In this document: positions 1 through 11,098 of the stretch, one piece after another
Layout of the letters: each line of letters starts with the position of its first letter
Position numbering within the stretch: the first letter of the stretch is position 1
Source: Gemmatimonadaceae bacterium
Lineage (GTDB): Bacteria; Gemmatimonadota; Gemmatimonadetes; Gemmatimonadales; Gemmatimonadaceae
Direction of reading: 5' to 3'
NCBI GenBank assembly: GCA_044224875.1
Contig: JBGAJQ010000027.1
Coordinates: 1-61,765, forward strand
DNA length: 61,765 nucleotides
Position numbers and translations under genes: made by a program
The notes under the pieces: generated by a model
Told to the model about the DNA's origin: nothing
Seen by the model: only the letters and a program-made list of their open reading frames with translations
Database searches by the model: none

Positions 1-297
1 CTTGGGCTCGAGCAGGATCCACTCGCCGTATCTGTCGACGAAGTACTCCTTCACCTCGTCGGGCGTCTTTCCGGCGCGCAGTTGGTCTCGCACCAATTCC
101 CGCATTTGCGCCGACAGCTCAGATGGCGAGTCCTGAATCGACTCGCCCTGGCACACGGGGCAGCGCAAGACCGAAGAGAGGGCGCGCGTCTGCACTTCCA
201 ACGCCGAATCGGACGGCGACGGCGCCTGTGAGACGAGTGGCCCTGCCGTCAGGAGTACAAGTAGGCCCAGGCGAAGGACTCCGGACAAGCGGCCCAT
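1..297 (-). CDS. ccmH: Cytochrome c biogenesis protein CcmH (3' end runs off the window)
   Basis: Manual translation MGRLSGVLRLGLLVLL...LRCPVCQGESIQDS...YGEWILLEPK; LRCxxCQ motif; ATG overlaps the ccmG stop; absent from the ORF track because truncated. Confidence 0.9.
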   Translation of the reverse strand, partial: MGRLSGVLRLGLLVLLTAGPLVSQAPSPSDSALEVQTRALSSVLRCPVCQGESIQDSPSELSAQMRELVRDQLRAGKTPDEVKEYFVDRYGEWILLEPK

Positions 298-872
298 CAC
301 TTGTCTCCGCTCGGCGCAGGCAGGGCGAGCAGGGAGTCCACCTTGGTCCGCAACACGGTCGCCGTCACGGGGCCAACGTGCTTGTACGCCACTCGTCCGT
401 CACGCCCGATGAAGAAGGTCTCGGGGACGCCGTACAAGCCATACGCGATCGCGATTCGCGTCTTGGGATCGTTCACGGACGGATAGGACTGCCCACCCAT
501 CTGCTGAATCCACGCCAAGCCGTTGGCCGGGATATCCTGGTAGAGCACGCCAAGGAAGTGCGCATCCTTGCCGACGTATTCCTGGGCGACCGCGGAGAGG
601 GTTTCGTGCTCGTCGCGGCATGCCAGGCACCAGGAAGCCCAGAAGTTCAGGACCGCGACGTGGCCCTGCAGTTCGCGCAGGCTGATGGTGTCCCCGGCAG
701 CACGGGCCAGCGCCCCCTGCCCGGGCGAAAACACTTCCAGCGCGAACTCGGGAGCCGCCTTGCCGGGTAAGGGCGAGGGGATGTCCTTGGGGTCCCTCGT
801 TAGGCCGAAGGCGAGCAGGGCTATCATTGGGACGGCCACGGCGCCGGCGATCGTCGCACGCTTCCAGTTCAT
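297..872 (-). CDS. ccmG: Thiol:disulfide oxidoreductase CcmG/TlpA
   Basis: N-terminal TM anchor, NFWASWCLAC thioredoxin motif, YGVPETFFI; start taken at MNWKR. Confidence 0.88.
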   Translation of the reverse strand: MNWKRATIAGAVAVPMIALLAFGLTRDPKDIPSPLPGKAAPEFALEVFSPGQGALARAAGDTISLRELQGHVAVLNFWASWCLACRDEHETLSAVAQEYVGKDAHFLGVLYQDIPANGLAWIQQMGGQSYPSVNDPKTRIAIAYGLYGVPETFFIGRDGRVAYKHVGPVTATVLRTKVDSLLALPAPSGDK

Positions 873-873
873 C

Positions 874-2898
874 TCAGGCAGCTCCTCCGAGGGCGGCGTT
901 CCCAACCGGAGCATCGCTCGCTCTCACGGGTTCCGTGACACGATCCGCCAATCGGCGACGAACCGGGACCGAGGCAAGGATGCCACCAAAGCACACGACC
1001 AATCCGCCGAACCAGATCCACGGCACCAACGGCTCGAGAATCACACGGATCGTTGCCTGCGAGCCATCTGGCTCAAACGCCATGAGGTTCGCGTAGATGT
1101 CCCCCAGCAATCGGCTGTGGACGGACGGCGTCGGGACTGGCGACTGCGAAGTCGGATAGAAGTTCATCCGCGGGTCCAGCTTGGCCACCTCGGAGGTCCC
1201 GCGCGACACCGTGAGTGTCGCCCCGATCACCTGACGTTGCTTCTCTTCGCGCCCCCATACGTCGTCGAGCCGGACGGTCAACCCACCCCACCTGCGTGGA
1301 TGCACCCTTCTTGAGCGTGGCCTCGTGTTCCGTCTTGAAGGTGCTGGACGCCGCGATACCTAACGCTACGAGAATTACGCCAACGTGCTCGATGTAACCG
1401 CCATAGCGACGCCGATTGGCATCGACCAGGCGCTTGAGTGCGAGCGCCCAGTTCTCTCCGTGCGCCGATCGGCGCACGGCCGCCCCGGTATAGAACTCCC
1501 GAAGGTTTGCAACCAGGGCGAACGCGGCAAAGGCGAATGACAGGATGGCGTAAATGTTCCGGGCGCCGGCGACGACGGCCACTGCCGCGCCAATCACCGC
1601 GCCGACCGTCGGGGGTAGCAGCTGCCGGCGCACCACATCCGTTCCCGCCCGCCGCCACGGCAGTGCCGGTCCAACACCCATGAGGAACAGCAGCGCCATG
1701 CACATTGGCAGCGTCATGAGGTTGAAGAACGGCTCGCCCACCGAAACCTTCACGCCGCGCACGGCCTCCGCGACCAACGGATAGAGGGTGCCCACCAACA
1801 CCGTGATCGAGAACGCCGTGAGAAAGAGGTTGTTCAGCAGGAATACGGATTCCCGGGACACGGCGGCGTCCAGACGGCCAGGTTCACCGGTCGCCTCGGC
1901 CGTACCTGCCACGATCGCCACCGCGGCAATCAACGTGACGGCGATGAAGCCGAGGAAGTAGTAACCGATGGTGCCCTGCGTAAAGGCATGCACGGAGGAC
2001 AGCACGCCGGATCGCGTCAGGAATGTCCCAAGGATCGTCAGCACAAACGTCCCAACGATCAGGTTCAGGTTCCACAGCTTCAACATCCCTCGCCGCTCCT
2101 GCACCATGACCGAATGCAGGAACGCCGTCGCGGTGAGCCATGGAATGAAGGACGCATTTTCGACCGGATCCCACGCCCAGTAGCCACCCCATCCGAGTAC
2201 CTCATAGGACCACCACATACCGGCGATGATAGCCGCGCTCAGGAATGTCCAGGCCGTGAGGGTCCACCGCCGCGACAGCCGGATCCAGTCGTCGGCAACG
2301 ACTTCTCCAGACAGCATGGCACCGACCGCGAACTGAACGGCACCGACATCCCGACGTAACCGAGGTACAACAGGGGCGGATGCACCGCCATCAGGATGTG
2401 ATTCTGCAGGAGCGGGTTGGGCCCCGGTCCGTCGGCAGGGATCGGAGAGACCAGCGTGAAGGGGTTCGCCGGTCCGACCAGCAGGATGAGGAAGAAGACC
2501 GCCACGACCATCAACGTCATTCCCGCATAGGGCACCAGTGCACCCGGGCGACCGCGGTGCTGGGCCATAACCAAAGCCGAGTACATCGTCAGGACCCACG
2601 CCCAGAACAGGATGGACCCCTCCAACGCCCCCCACAGCGAAATGACCGTGAAGAAGACAGGCGTCGCCCGGCTGCCCACCTGCGCCACATATCCCACACT
2701 GAAGTCGTGCGAGACGAGCGCAAAGATCATGGCCACGGTCGCCGCGGTCACCAGCCAGAATGTGGTGAACAAGGCCGCATACCCGGCCCGCAGCACGTCT
2801 TGCCGGCCACGACGCGCGCCGACGCCTAACGCGATGGCCGCGAACACCGCCGTGCCCAGCGCCACGATCAGGGCGTCCAGTCCAATCAAGCGCGTCAC
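874..2898 (-). pseudogene. ccmF: Heme lyase CcmF split over three frames by two single-base indels (probably sequencing artefact)
   Basis: N-terminal part in ORF 2239..2898 (LWGALEGS, HPPLLYLGY), middle in 1073..2635 (WGGYWAWDPVENASF), C-terminal part in 874..1305 (PLVPWIWFGG); shifts at ~2332 and at the C4 run 1286-1289. Confidence 0.9.
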
Positions 2899-3353
2899 GA
2901 CTTGGACTCCGTCATCAGGGACTTGTACATCTCCTTCGGCATCTCCCCGGCCTTGGGCGCCCGGTATTCATTGGAGTGCTTGATCATCAGGTTCGTGGAC
3001 TCGAACACGCCGTCCCGGTGATAGCGACCCTCCACCACCACGCCCATTCCGTCGCGGAACATCTGCGGCGGCGCACCACGCGAGTGCACGCTGACACTCC
3101 CCTTCCCGTCGTTGACGACAAAACGGAGATCGAGCCGCTCGGCGTCCCACTTCACCGATCCGGCGGACACCATCCCACCCAGTCGGACGGGGACGTCGTA
3201 GCCCTTGTCGCCCTTGGCTAACAACTCTGCCGGGGTGAGAAAGAACACCACATTCTTGGTCAGGCCGCCGTACATCAGGTATCCGAAGACGGCCAGCACG
3301 ATCACGGCGGCCACGGCAAAGGTCGCCCGACGTCGTCCCGCTGTGTTACTCAC
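2895..3353 (-). CDS. ccmE: Heme chaperone CcmE
   Basis: N-terminal TM, RLGGMV, PQMFRDGMGVVVEG, heme-binding KHSNEY (HxxxY). Confidence 0.93.
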   Translation of the reverse strand: MSNTAGRRRATFAVAAVIVLAVFGYLMYGGLTKNVVFFLTPAELLAKGDKGYDVPVRLGGMVSAGSVKWDAERLDLRFVVNDGKGSVSVHSRGAPPQMFRDGMGVVVEGRYHRDGVFESTNLMIKHSNEYRAPKAGEMPKEMYKSLMTESKS

Positions 3354-3502
3354 GTGTTCCTCCCGCTAGCGTTAGGCATCCGCGCCTGCTTCTCGGCTGC
3401 TCGCCGTGTCGTGCGCACCAACCGAATCGCGTAACCCAACAGGGCGATCCAGGTCACCACGTACGCGGCGATGATATAGGTGGTGTTGTTCGTCTCAGGC
3501 AT
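3350..3502 (-). CDS. ccmD: Heme exporter protein CcmD (50 aa)
   Basis: Manual translation MPETNNTTYIIAAYVVTWIALLGYAIRLVRTTRRAAEKQARMPNASGRNT; single TM with AY motif then a basic tail; lies between ccmC and ccmE and overlaps both. Confidence 0.82.
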   Translation of the reverse strand: MPETNNTTYIIAAYVVTWIALLGYAIRLVRTTRRAAEKQARMPNASGRNT

Positions 3503-4208
3503 GCACCGGCTCTCCCGCCATTACGGCGCGCTCATCTTCCCGCTCGGCCGCACGTTCCCACTGCAGCGCCTTGTACCGCGTCATGATGAAGTAGATGGTC
3601 ACCAGCATGAACGCGATCGCGTTCGCACGCAGGGACAACACATAGTACGGATCCACAGTACTCGGACTCGACTGCGGCTGATGTAACGTTCGCCACCATT
3701 TGACGGACATGTAGACGATCGGAACGTTCAACGCGCCCAGTATGCCCACCGCCGCGCTCCATTGCGCGCGACGTTCCACGTCCTCCACGAATGACCGCAA
3801 GGCAAGGTAGCCCACGAAGATTAACAGAAGCACAGCGGTCGACGTCAGTCGCGCGTCCCACGTCCACCAGATGCCCCACGTGGGACGGGCCCAGATGGAT
3901 CCGAGCGCCAGGGTGAGCGCCGTGAGCACGGCACCAACCTCCGCGGCCGCCGCGGCCAGCAAGTCGTGCTTCTCCTGCCCCTTCCAGAGGTACAAGAGCG
4001 AGGAGATGGCCACGATGAAGAACGCGATCATCATGTTCCACGCCGACGCGACGTGAACGTACATGATCTTCTGCAAGTGACCCATGTCACGATCGGGCGC
4101 GCTGACGAGAAACCCGATCACCTGGGACGCAACCAGCAGCGCGAACGAGGCGACCCCAAACAGTCGATAGGGAAGGACAGGAGCCCGGGTGGGCGTGGCG
4201 ACAGGCAT
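3495..4208 (-). CDS. ccmC: Heme exporter CcmC
   Basis: YVHV, WARPTWGIWWTWDARLT (WWD motif), WRTLHQ; start at MPVAT. Confidence 0.93.
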   Translation of the reverse strand: MPVATPTRAPVLPYRLFGVASFALLVASQVIGFLVSAPDRDMGHLQKIMYVHVASAWNMMIAFFIVAISSLLYLWKGQEKHDLLAAAAAEVGAVLTALTLALGSIWARPTWGIWWTWDARLTSTAVLLLIFVGYLALRSFVEDVERRAQWSAAVGILGALNVPIVYMSVKWWRTLHQPQSSPSTVDPYYVLSLRANAIAFMLVTIYFIMTRYKALQWERAAEREDERAVMAGEPVHA

Positions 4209-4210
4209 GT

Positions 4211-4897
4211 TCACACCTCGATGACGTATTCGAAGGCGACAACGGGCGCAACGACGAACAACACGTCGAATGCAGTCAGCAGGCGCAACCACGCACCGGC
4301 GTCACGCATCGGATCTCCGGCCAGGAGCGCCGTCGACGCTTCTGTGGCGGCGAGCAGGACCGGGACGAGCATCGGAAAGAGCAGCAACGGCAACAAGACC
4401 TCGCGCGCCCGACTCCGACTGGCCATGGCGGCGTAGAATGTCCCGAGCGACACGAACCCAAGCGTGCCTAACAAAATCACCGCCACCTCGGCCACCCAGC
4501 CAACCGGCAGCGTGACGTGAAACAGCACCATGGCCACGGGAACCACCACCACCTCCACCAGCAGCACGAACACCAGGTTCGCGACGAACTTCCCCACGAA
4601 GACCGTCCACCGAGGCGCCGGAAACAATAGCAATGTCTCCAGCGCGCCACTCTCCAGCTCCAATTGGTACGAGCGGTTGAACGCCAGCACCCCACTGAAG
4701 AGAATGGCCAGCCACAACGCCCCGGATGCTGCCTGACGGAGCGCCTCCGTGTCCGGGCCAAGGGCGAACCCAAAGAGCAGCAGGATCAGGATACCCAGGA
4801 AGGCGACCGCATTGAATCCCGCCTTGGTGCGGCGCTCGGCCGTCAGGTCCTTCCAGACCACCGCGCGCACCCGGCGCCAATCGTCTGACCATGACAT
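4211..4897 (-). CDS. ccmB: Heme exporter permease CcmB
   Basis: Six-TM protein with WKDL, ELESGALETLLL, LLPLLLFP; operon position. Confidence 0.92.
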   Translation of the reverse strand: MSWSDDWRRVRAVVWKDLTAERRTKAGFNAVAFLGILILLLFGFALGPDTEALRQAASGALWLAILFSGVLAFNRSYQLELESGALETLLLFPAPRWTVFVGKFVANLVFVLLVEVVVVPVAMVLFHVTLPVGWVAEVAVILLGTLGFVSLGTFYAAMASRSRAREVLLPLLLFPMLVPVLLAATEASTALLAGDPMRDAGAWLRLLTAFDVLFVVAPVVAFEYVIEV

Positions 4898-5622
4898 CAG
4901 GCGCTCCGGGCCTCCACCTCGTCCACATCGTCGGGCTCGCTCTCCTCCAGCACCTGCTGCACGATCGCGCCTCGCGCCAGGACGACATCCCGATCGATGA
5001 GGTGTTCAGCCTGTCGGCGATCGTGCACGACCACTATCGCCGCACCGCCGCGCTGGCACGTCTCCGTGATCACTTCATTGACGAGCGTGATGCCGGCCGC
5101 GTCGAAGTTGTTGTACGGTTCGTCGAGCAGCAGAAGGCGCGGGCGCGCGAGCAACAACCGACCTAACGCGAGGCGACGGCTCATGCCGGCGGAGAATCCG
5201 CGTGCGCGCTCCCCTGCCACGTGCGTGAGCCCCACTCGTTCGAGTATGGCGTCGATGGCACTGGGGTCGTACCCACCCATGGCCGCGGCAAACCGCAGGT
5301 TCTCCGCAGCGCTGAGGTCATCGTAGTTTCCAGCCGCATGAGCGAGAAAGCCGATCGATTCGCGCACCGTCGTGGCCTCCTTGGCCAGGTCGGCACCGTA
5401 CACGGTGCCGCTGCCGAGGGTGGGCCGGAGTGCGGTGCTGATAATGCGAAGCAGCGTGCTCTTGCCACTCCCGTTATGCCCGAGGATTCCAATGACCTCT
5501 TCGGACTCCACCCGCATTGAGACGCCGCGAAGCGCCCACCGACCGCCAAAGCGCCGCGAGATCCCCCGAAGGTCACAGGCCGCCGGTCCGACGGTCATGC
5601 GATCGGGATGCGCAGGAGACAT
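4897..5622 (-). CDS. ccmA: Heme ABC exporter ATP-binding protein CcmA (start uncertain, 5598 or 5622)
   Basis: Walker A GHNGSGKST, signature FSAGM, Walker B LLLLDEP; first gene of the ccm operon. Confidence 0.88.
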   Translation of the reverse strand: MSPAHPDRMTVGPAACDLRGISRRFGGRWALRGVSMRVESEEVIGILGHNGSGKSTLLRIISTALRPTLGSGTVYGADLAKEATTVRESIGFLAHAAGNYDDLSAAENLRFAAAMGGYDPSAIDAILERVGLTHVAGERARGFSAGMSRRLALGRLLLARPRLLLLDEPYNNFDAAGITLVNEVITETCQRGGAAIVVVHDRRQAEHLIDRDVVLARGAIVQQVLEESEPDDVDEVEARSA

Positions 5623-5913
5623 TTCGGGCGCGGCGGAGCAGCAAGCGTCTTCGCGGCGGTTCCGACGTCGCCGCATGGGCGAGAGGCGATGTTGAACAGA
5701 GCTAATCCCTTGACGGAGAGTGCTTTCGGGCGCATGAGTGGGCTCCTATATAAGGTAGCGACGAAAGACCCTAAGCATGAGCGAGCCAAATCACGCGCCG
5801 ACGGCCAACCTATTTGGACGCATGGTGTCCTGTCTAGTCAGCATGACCTTTCGATCTTGTAGGCATTCTCCCTACTCGGAGCGCCTGCGCAACCGCCTCG
5901 TGAGCAGCTACGC

Positions 5914-6951
5914 GTGAGTGAAATATCCAACCCGGAGCGCGGGCAGCTGCCGGCGGTCTCGCCCGACACACGGTTGCCACGGACCTTCTATGTCAGTGGA
6001 ACGGGACACGCGTCTCGCGACATGCCGATTCGGGAGATCATCACCTGTCGTGATGCCCTCGACGGCAAACTGTGGGTGGACGTGGACACCACCAGCCGCC
6101 AGCACGTCGCCGTGCTCGAGAAGGTGTTCAACTTCCATCCTCTGGCCATCGAGGATGTCTTGAATCCGAACAGCCGACCGAAGGTCGAACAGTATGACGG
6201 GTACCTGTTCGTCACCCTGCGTGTCGTCCGCTTTTGCGATGACACCAATGATCCGTACGACCTGGAAACAGCCAATCTCTACCTGTTCATTGGGCCGAAC
6301 TATCTGGTGACGGCGCACGCCGGGGCATCGCCCAATGTCGATGCCGTGGTGGACCTGGCGGCACGGACACCCGACCTCGTTGCACGCGGCCCGGCGCGAC
6401 TCGCGCACATGATCATGGACAGCGCCATCGACGCGTACTTCCCGATTCTCGAGCGGATCGACGAGTTCATCGACTCATTGGAAGAGCGGGTCTTTGCCAC
6501 ATTCGATGAAGAGGCACTGCGCGACATCTTTTCGGTTAAGCGGATGGTCCTTTCGTTGCGCCGCTATCTCTCGCCACAGCGCGAAATCTTCAACGTCCTC
6601 ACCAACCGCCCGACCGCGCTGCTCAGCCCCGACGTGCAGCTGTATTATCGCGACATCTACGATCACATGTTGCGGATCAACGACTCGCTGGACACGTACC
6701 GGGACCTGCTCAGCTCAACGATGGAAAGTTACCTGTCCCAGGTATCGAACAAGTTGAACCTGGTGACAAAGGGTCTGACCGTGGTGGCGACCCTCAGCGT
6801 GCCGTTCGTGGTGGTGAGCGGCATGTGGGGCATGAACTTCACGCGCGTTCCCCTGGCCGAACATCGTTGGGGCTTCGAGATCATGCTCTTCGCACAGCTG
6901 GCCCTGGGCGTGGGGCTCGTGACCGTGCTGAAGTGGAGGAAGTGGATCTAG
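5914..6951 (+). CDS. corA: Mg2+/Co2+ transporter CorA
   Basis: FHPLAIED, RPKVE, GMWGMNF (GMN motif), two C-terminal TMs. Confidence 0.93.
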   Translation: MSEISNPERGQLPAVSPDTRLPRTFYVSGTGHASRDMPIREIITCRDALDGKLWVDVDTTSRQHVAVLEKVFNFHPLAIEDVLNPNSRPKVEQYDGYLFVTLRVVRFCDDTNDPYDLETANLYLFIGPNYLVTAHAGASPNVDAVVDLAARTPDLVARGPARLAHMIMDSAIDAYFPILERIDEFIDSLEERVFATFDEEALRDIFSVKRMVLSLRRYLSPQREIFNVLTNRPTALLSPDVQLYYRDIYDHMLRINDSLDTYRDLLSSTMESYLSQVSNKLNLVTKGLTVVATLSVPFVVVSGMWGMNFTRVPLAEHRWGFEIMLFAQLALGVGLVTVLKWRKWI

Positions 6952-6966
6952 CGGATTGTACGCTCG

Positions 6967-7959
6967 TTAGGGCAGCGGGCCTTTCCATGCTGCCAGGGAG
7001 AGCTCCAGCATCAGGGCCACCAGGGCGATGACCAGTGGCCAACGATACAGTTCGCCGTACTGCGTGTAGACGCGCGTGCGCACCGGTGATCGTTCGAGCC
7101 GATCGATCTCCTCGGTGATTCGCTGCAGCGCCGCCGCATCGCGGGCGCGGAAGTACCGTCCGCCTGTGCGTTGAGCGACCTCCGTCAGCAACGCGTCGTC
7201 GATTTCCACCGGCCGGGTCTCGTAACGCAATCCGAAGACACCGCGCCCCACCGGAACAGGGGCCATCCCCTCAGTTCCGACGCCGATCGTGTAGATCCGC
7301 ACGCCGACGGCAGCCGCGGCCTGCGCTGCCGTCCGTGGATCGATCGACCCTCGGTTGTTCACGCCGTCCGTCAGTAGCACCATCACCCGCGACCGCCCAG
7401 GTGCCGTGCGCAGACGGTTCGCCGCCGTAGCTATTGCCGTCCCGATGGCGGTGCCATCCTCCAACTGACCTGGCTGCAGGTTGTCGACCGCAGCCAGCAC
7501 CACGGGATAGTCGGTCGTCAACGGGACCTGCGTCAGTGCCTCACCTGAGAACGCGACGATTCCAACCCGATCACTCTTCCGCATCTGGATGAACTGCTTG
7601 ACCTTGTCGCGCGCCACTTCCAGGCGATTCTGCGGCTGGAAGTCCTCCGCCAACATCGAGCTGGAGATGTCGAAAGCGATCACGATGTTGATCCCCTCCG
7701 AGTTCGACTGCTCGGTGCGCCCGGCGATCCGTGGCCGCGCCAGCGCCAACACCAGCCCCGTGATGGCGACGCTCCGAAGCAGCAAGAGCGCCCGCGTCAT
7801 CCCCCGCCCGGCCTTAGGGCCCTTGGCCAGGATGGAGACGCGAGAAAACGTGATCGCCTTGGCCACCCGCCGGCGACGCCAGATCCACCAAGCCGGCACC
7901 ACCGCCAAGAGCAGCAGGAGCCAGGGACTGTGGAAGTTCAGGCGTGCGAAGAGGTTCAT
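6967..7959 (-). CDS. vWA-domain membrane protein (BatA-like)
   Basis: N-terminal F-x-x-P-W-L TM, MIDAS DISSSM, GTAIG, LLTDG, C-terminal TM. Confidence 0.88.
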   Translation of the reverse strand: MNLFARLNFHSPWLLLLLAVVPAWWIWRRRRVAKAITFSRVSILAKGPKAGRGMTRALLLLRSVAITGLVLALARPRIAGRTEQSNSEGINIVIAFDISSSMLAEDFQPQNRLEVARDKVKQFIQMRKSDRVGIVAFSGEALTQVPLTTDYPVVLAAVDNLQPGQLEDGTAIGTAIATAANRLRTAPGRSRVMVLLTDGVNNRGSIDPRTAAQAAAAVGVRIYTIGVGTEGMAPVPVGRGVFGLRYETRPVEIDDALLTEVAQRTGGRYFRARDAAALQRITEEIDRLERSPVRTRVYTQYGELYRWPLVIALVALMLELSLAAWKGPLP

Positions 7960-8181
7960 CCGTCTTGGTCAGGTGGGCTTGCGTTGATACCGCGGCGGGT
8001 GGTGGAAGTGGCAGCCGCTGGACAGTATCCCGGCGGAGAGCATCTGTCATGGCCCAGTGGGTCCTGAATGCGTGGTGATCCGGGGACTTAATCGGCCGCC
8101 CTGAGACGCCGAAACTCTTTATGCGTCTTATAGTTGACGTCCAGACTATCGGGGTCACCCGTGCTCGGGTACTCACCCATC

Positions 8182-10056
8182 ATGAGCGATTCACGTCGAG
8201 CCCTCACCGCCGCGGGCATAACAGTTCTCGCGTTCGGCGCCGGTGCGGTCCTCGTCGGGACTCTCGCGGGTGTCGTGCCCTACGCCGCTGGTCAGGTGAC
8301 GTTGTCGGTCTTGCTGACGGCGATTGCAGTAACGACGTGGTGGACATACAAACGCACATACCCTGCCTTGGGACCCATGCAAGACGCCGACGTGAAGCAA
8401 CGCGAGTACGCACTCTTTGAGCGACTGGCCGATCCAGTGGTCGTGGTGGACCGCCACGGGATCGTCACCCACGCCACGGCCGCCGTTCAGCGAACGCTCG
8501 GGATTCCCAACCAGGCGTTGTTAGGCAAATCCCTGTCCAGCATGATCCATGAGGACGACGTGGGCACGGTGGCGGGGCTGCTCGCCAGCGTCGCCGATGG
8601 CACGCACCTGGGTGCGCCACCCCAGTGGCGCTTGCGCTGCGCCGATGGGGCGTGGCTGCTGGTGGAGGCCGTCGCCACGTCCTTGCTGGATGAACCGTCC
8701 ATCATGGGCATTGCCGTCGCCTTGCGCGACGTCCCGTTGCGCACGGCACCCTATGCCGTACCTAACGACAGCGGCATGCATGACCCGGTGACAGGACTTC
8801 CCGGGCGCGCACTCTTTCGCGACCGCGTGGTGCACGCGCTCACCCGGGCGCATCGCCAGCAACTTCCACTGGCCGTCCTGCTGCTCGACTTCGATGACTT
8901 CCGGAGCGGCGGTGTACGCGCGACCTACGAGCAGCTCGAACGGATCGTCGGAACCGCCGCCGTCCGGCTGTCAACGTGCCTGCGGTCGTCGGACAGCGCG
9001 GCGCGCCTGGAGGGAGCGCGATTCGGCATCCTGCTCGAGGACATGTCGGACGAAAGCAACTTCGTCCAGGTCGCGGAGCGGATTGGCAAGGTATTCGCCA
9101 CGCCGATCCCCATCGATGGCCGGGAATTCACGGGGAATGCCAGTATGGGCATCGCCAGCGCTGTTCCCGAGGATTCCCCCGACGACCTCATTCGCCACGC
9201 CGATGCGGCCTTGCGGTCTGCCAAGCGGCGAGGACGCGGCGCCTGTGAACTCTTCGATCCGCGCGTGCACGCGGCCGCCCTCGGTCATCGGAATCTCGAG
9301 GACGACCTCCGTCGCGCCATCGAGCGCGACGAGTTCTCGTTGCTGTACCAGCCAATTGTCATCCTGCGGAGCCGGCGAATTGCGGGCGTCGAGGCCCTGG
9401 TGCGATGGAACCACCGCGATCGAGGCCTGATCCCGGCGGCTGCGTTCGTCCCGATCGCCGAGGAAACGGGCCTGATTGTGCCCATCGGACGTTGGGTCCT
9501 CATGGAAGCTTGTCGTCAGCTCCGACAATGGCAGGACGCCATTGGCCCCGATCGCGCCCTGACTGTCACGGTCAATGTGACACCGAAGCAGTTGCTGCAC
9601 TCGGCATTCGTGTCGGACGTTGCCAACGCTATCGGTACGTCGGGCATCGAACCGCATCGTCTGGTGCTCGAGATCGCCGAAGGTGCCCTCGCACGAAACA
9701 TGACCGATGCCCTGTCGCGGCTGCGCGAAGTGCGCGCGCTGGGTGTGCGACTGGCGATCGACGACTACGGGTCGCGGAGCGCGACGCTTGGTGACCCTGC
9801 CAACATTCCGGTGGACATCCTCAAGATCGATCGCACCTACATCAGCCAGGTCACGCGCCGCCCCGAGGAGCATGCTGCCACACGTGCGATTGTCGCCCTG
9901 GGCAAGCTGAAGCAGCTGCGGACCGTCGCCGAAGGCATCGAGCGCGAGGAACAGCTGGTGGAGCTGCTGCGCTTCAAGTGCGAGTACGGCCAGGGAACGC
10001 TCTTCTCTGAACCAGTGAGCGCGGCCGGCCTGCTCGACATGCTAAAGCGCGACTAA
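8182..10056 (+). CDS. Membrane-anchored PAS-GGDEF(degenerate)-EAL protein
   Basis: Two N-terminal TMs, PAS (IHEDD), [16 protein letters not shown] in place of GGDEF, EALVRW, KIDR, AEGIE, QG. Confidence 0.88.
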   Translation: MSDSRRALTAAGITVLAFGAGAVLVGTLAGVVPYAAGQVTLSVLLTAIAVTTWWTYKRTYPALGPMQDADVKQREYALFERLADPVVVVDRHGIVTHATAAVQRTLGIPNQALLGKSLSSMIHEDDVGTVAGLLASVADGTHLGAPPQWRLRCADGAWLLVEAVATSLLDEPSIMGIAVALRDVPLRTAPYAVPNDSGMHDPVTGLPGRALFRDRVVHALTRAHRQQLPLAVLLLDFDDFRSGGVRATYEQLERIVGTAAVRLSTCLRSSDSAARLEGARFGILLEDMSDESNFVQVAERIGKVFATPIPIDGREFTGNASMGIASAVPEDSPDDLIRHADAALRSAKRRGRGACELFDPRVHAAALGHRNLEDDLRRAIERDEFSLLYQPIVILRSRRIAGVEALVRWNHRDRGLIPAAAFVPIAEETGLIVPIGRWVLMEACRQLRQWQDAIGPDRALTVTVNVTPKQLLHSAFVSDVANAIGTSGIEPHRLVLEIAEGALARNMTDALSRLREVRALGVRLAIDDYGSRSATLGDPANIPVDILKIDRTYISQVTRRPEEHAATRAIVALGKLKQLRTVAEGIEREEQLVELLRFKCEYGQGTLFSEPVSAAGLLDMLKRD

Positions 10057-11093
10057 GAGGCGGGCGTCGCGCTGGAGTCCTGCGGCTCGCTCTCCACGGC
10101 GGAGAGCGAGCCGTATTGCTGTTGGTAAAGCCGCAGCAGCTCGAAGAAATACGCGATGGCGAGCGGCCCAAGGAGCACACCCAGAAGGCCGAAATAGCGA
10201 ACGCCAGCAAACGCGCCGATGAGCGTGATCATCGGATGGATGTTGGAGACGCGTTTGTAAACGATCGGGCGAATGACATTGTCGATGTTGCTGGCGACAA
10301 TGCCGCCGATGGCCGCCAGCGCCACGGCCGCACCATAGCGCTGCTGCAGGACCAGGGCGAGCACCCCAGGGAGCCAGACGAGCGCGCTGCCTAACACCGG
10401 AAGGATGGAAGCAATCGCCGTGACGACTCCCCAGAACGCCGGGGTCGGCAACCCCACGATCCAGAATCCGAGTCCCACAATGGTCCCTTGCAGCAGGGAC
10501 GTCAGCGCCGTACCCAGCAGCGTCGCCTTGGTGACACTGAAGAACCGATCCTTCAGCTCGTCCGACACCTGTGGGCTGAACGGGAGGTATTCGCGGGCCG
10601 CGTGCCACCCTCGTTCACCGGACGTCAGCAGGTAGAACAGTCCGAAGAATGAGATCACCAGGTTCAACGTTGCGTGCGCGGCGCTCCCCACAAAGTCGAA
10701 CGCCTGCCCCGACACCCAGGAAATGATCGTATCACTCGCCTTGGCGATTTCGGCGCCCACCTGGAATCGGCCAATGGTCAATGTGGAGAGGCCTGCGAAC
10801 ACCTCCGCCGAGCGTGCCGCCTTGATCGTTTCCGGCGCCTGGTCGACCACCAGTCCGACCAGCCACGTCAGCGGCAACACGATCAACAGGATCGCCGCAA
10901 GCAGCGTAACAGTGGCCGCCCCCTCGGCGCGAAGCACGCTGCGCAACCGCCGGTACATGGCAACGAACATCACGTACAGGACACCGGATCCGAGCAGCCC
11001 GATGGCGAATGGTGAGACGGCGACGAGGATCGCCATCCCGAGGGCAAAAATGAGTAGGCCGGCGCGCGACTGCCGCGAGTGGAGGAATTGCAT
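10053..11093 (-). CDS. AI-2E family transporter
   Basis: Multi-[37 protein letters not shown]; starts 6 bp downstream of the arsR-family stop. Confidence 0.88.
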   Translation of the reverse strand: MQFLHSRQSRAGLLIFALGMAILVAVSPFAIGLLGSGVLYVMFVAMYRRLRSVLRAEGAATVTLLAAILLIVLPLTWLVGLVVDQAPETIKAARSAEVFAGLSTLTIGRFQVGAEIAKASDTIISWVSGQAFDFVGSAAHATLNLVISFFGLFYLLTSGERGWHAAREYLPFSPQVSDELKDRFFSVTKATLLGTALTSLLQGTIVGLGFWIVGLPTPAFWGVVTAIASILPVLGSALVWLPGVLALVLQQRYGAAVALAAIGGIVASNIDNVIRPIVYKRVSNIHPMITLIGAFAGVRYFGLLGVLLGPLAIAYFFELLRLYQQQYGSLSAVESEPQDSSATPAS

Positions 11094-11098
11094 GACGG

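Noticed and set aside
1281..2340. Programmed frameshifting in ccmF
   Set aside because: No slippery heptamer or stimulatory structure is evident; unrelated indels elsewhere point to sequencing error
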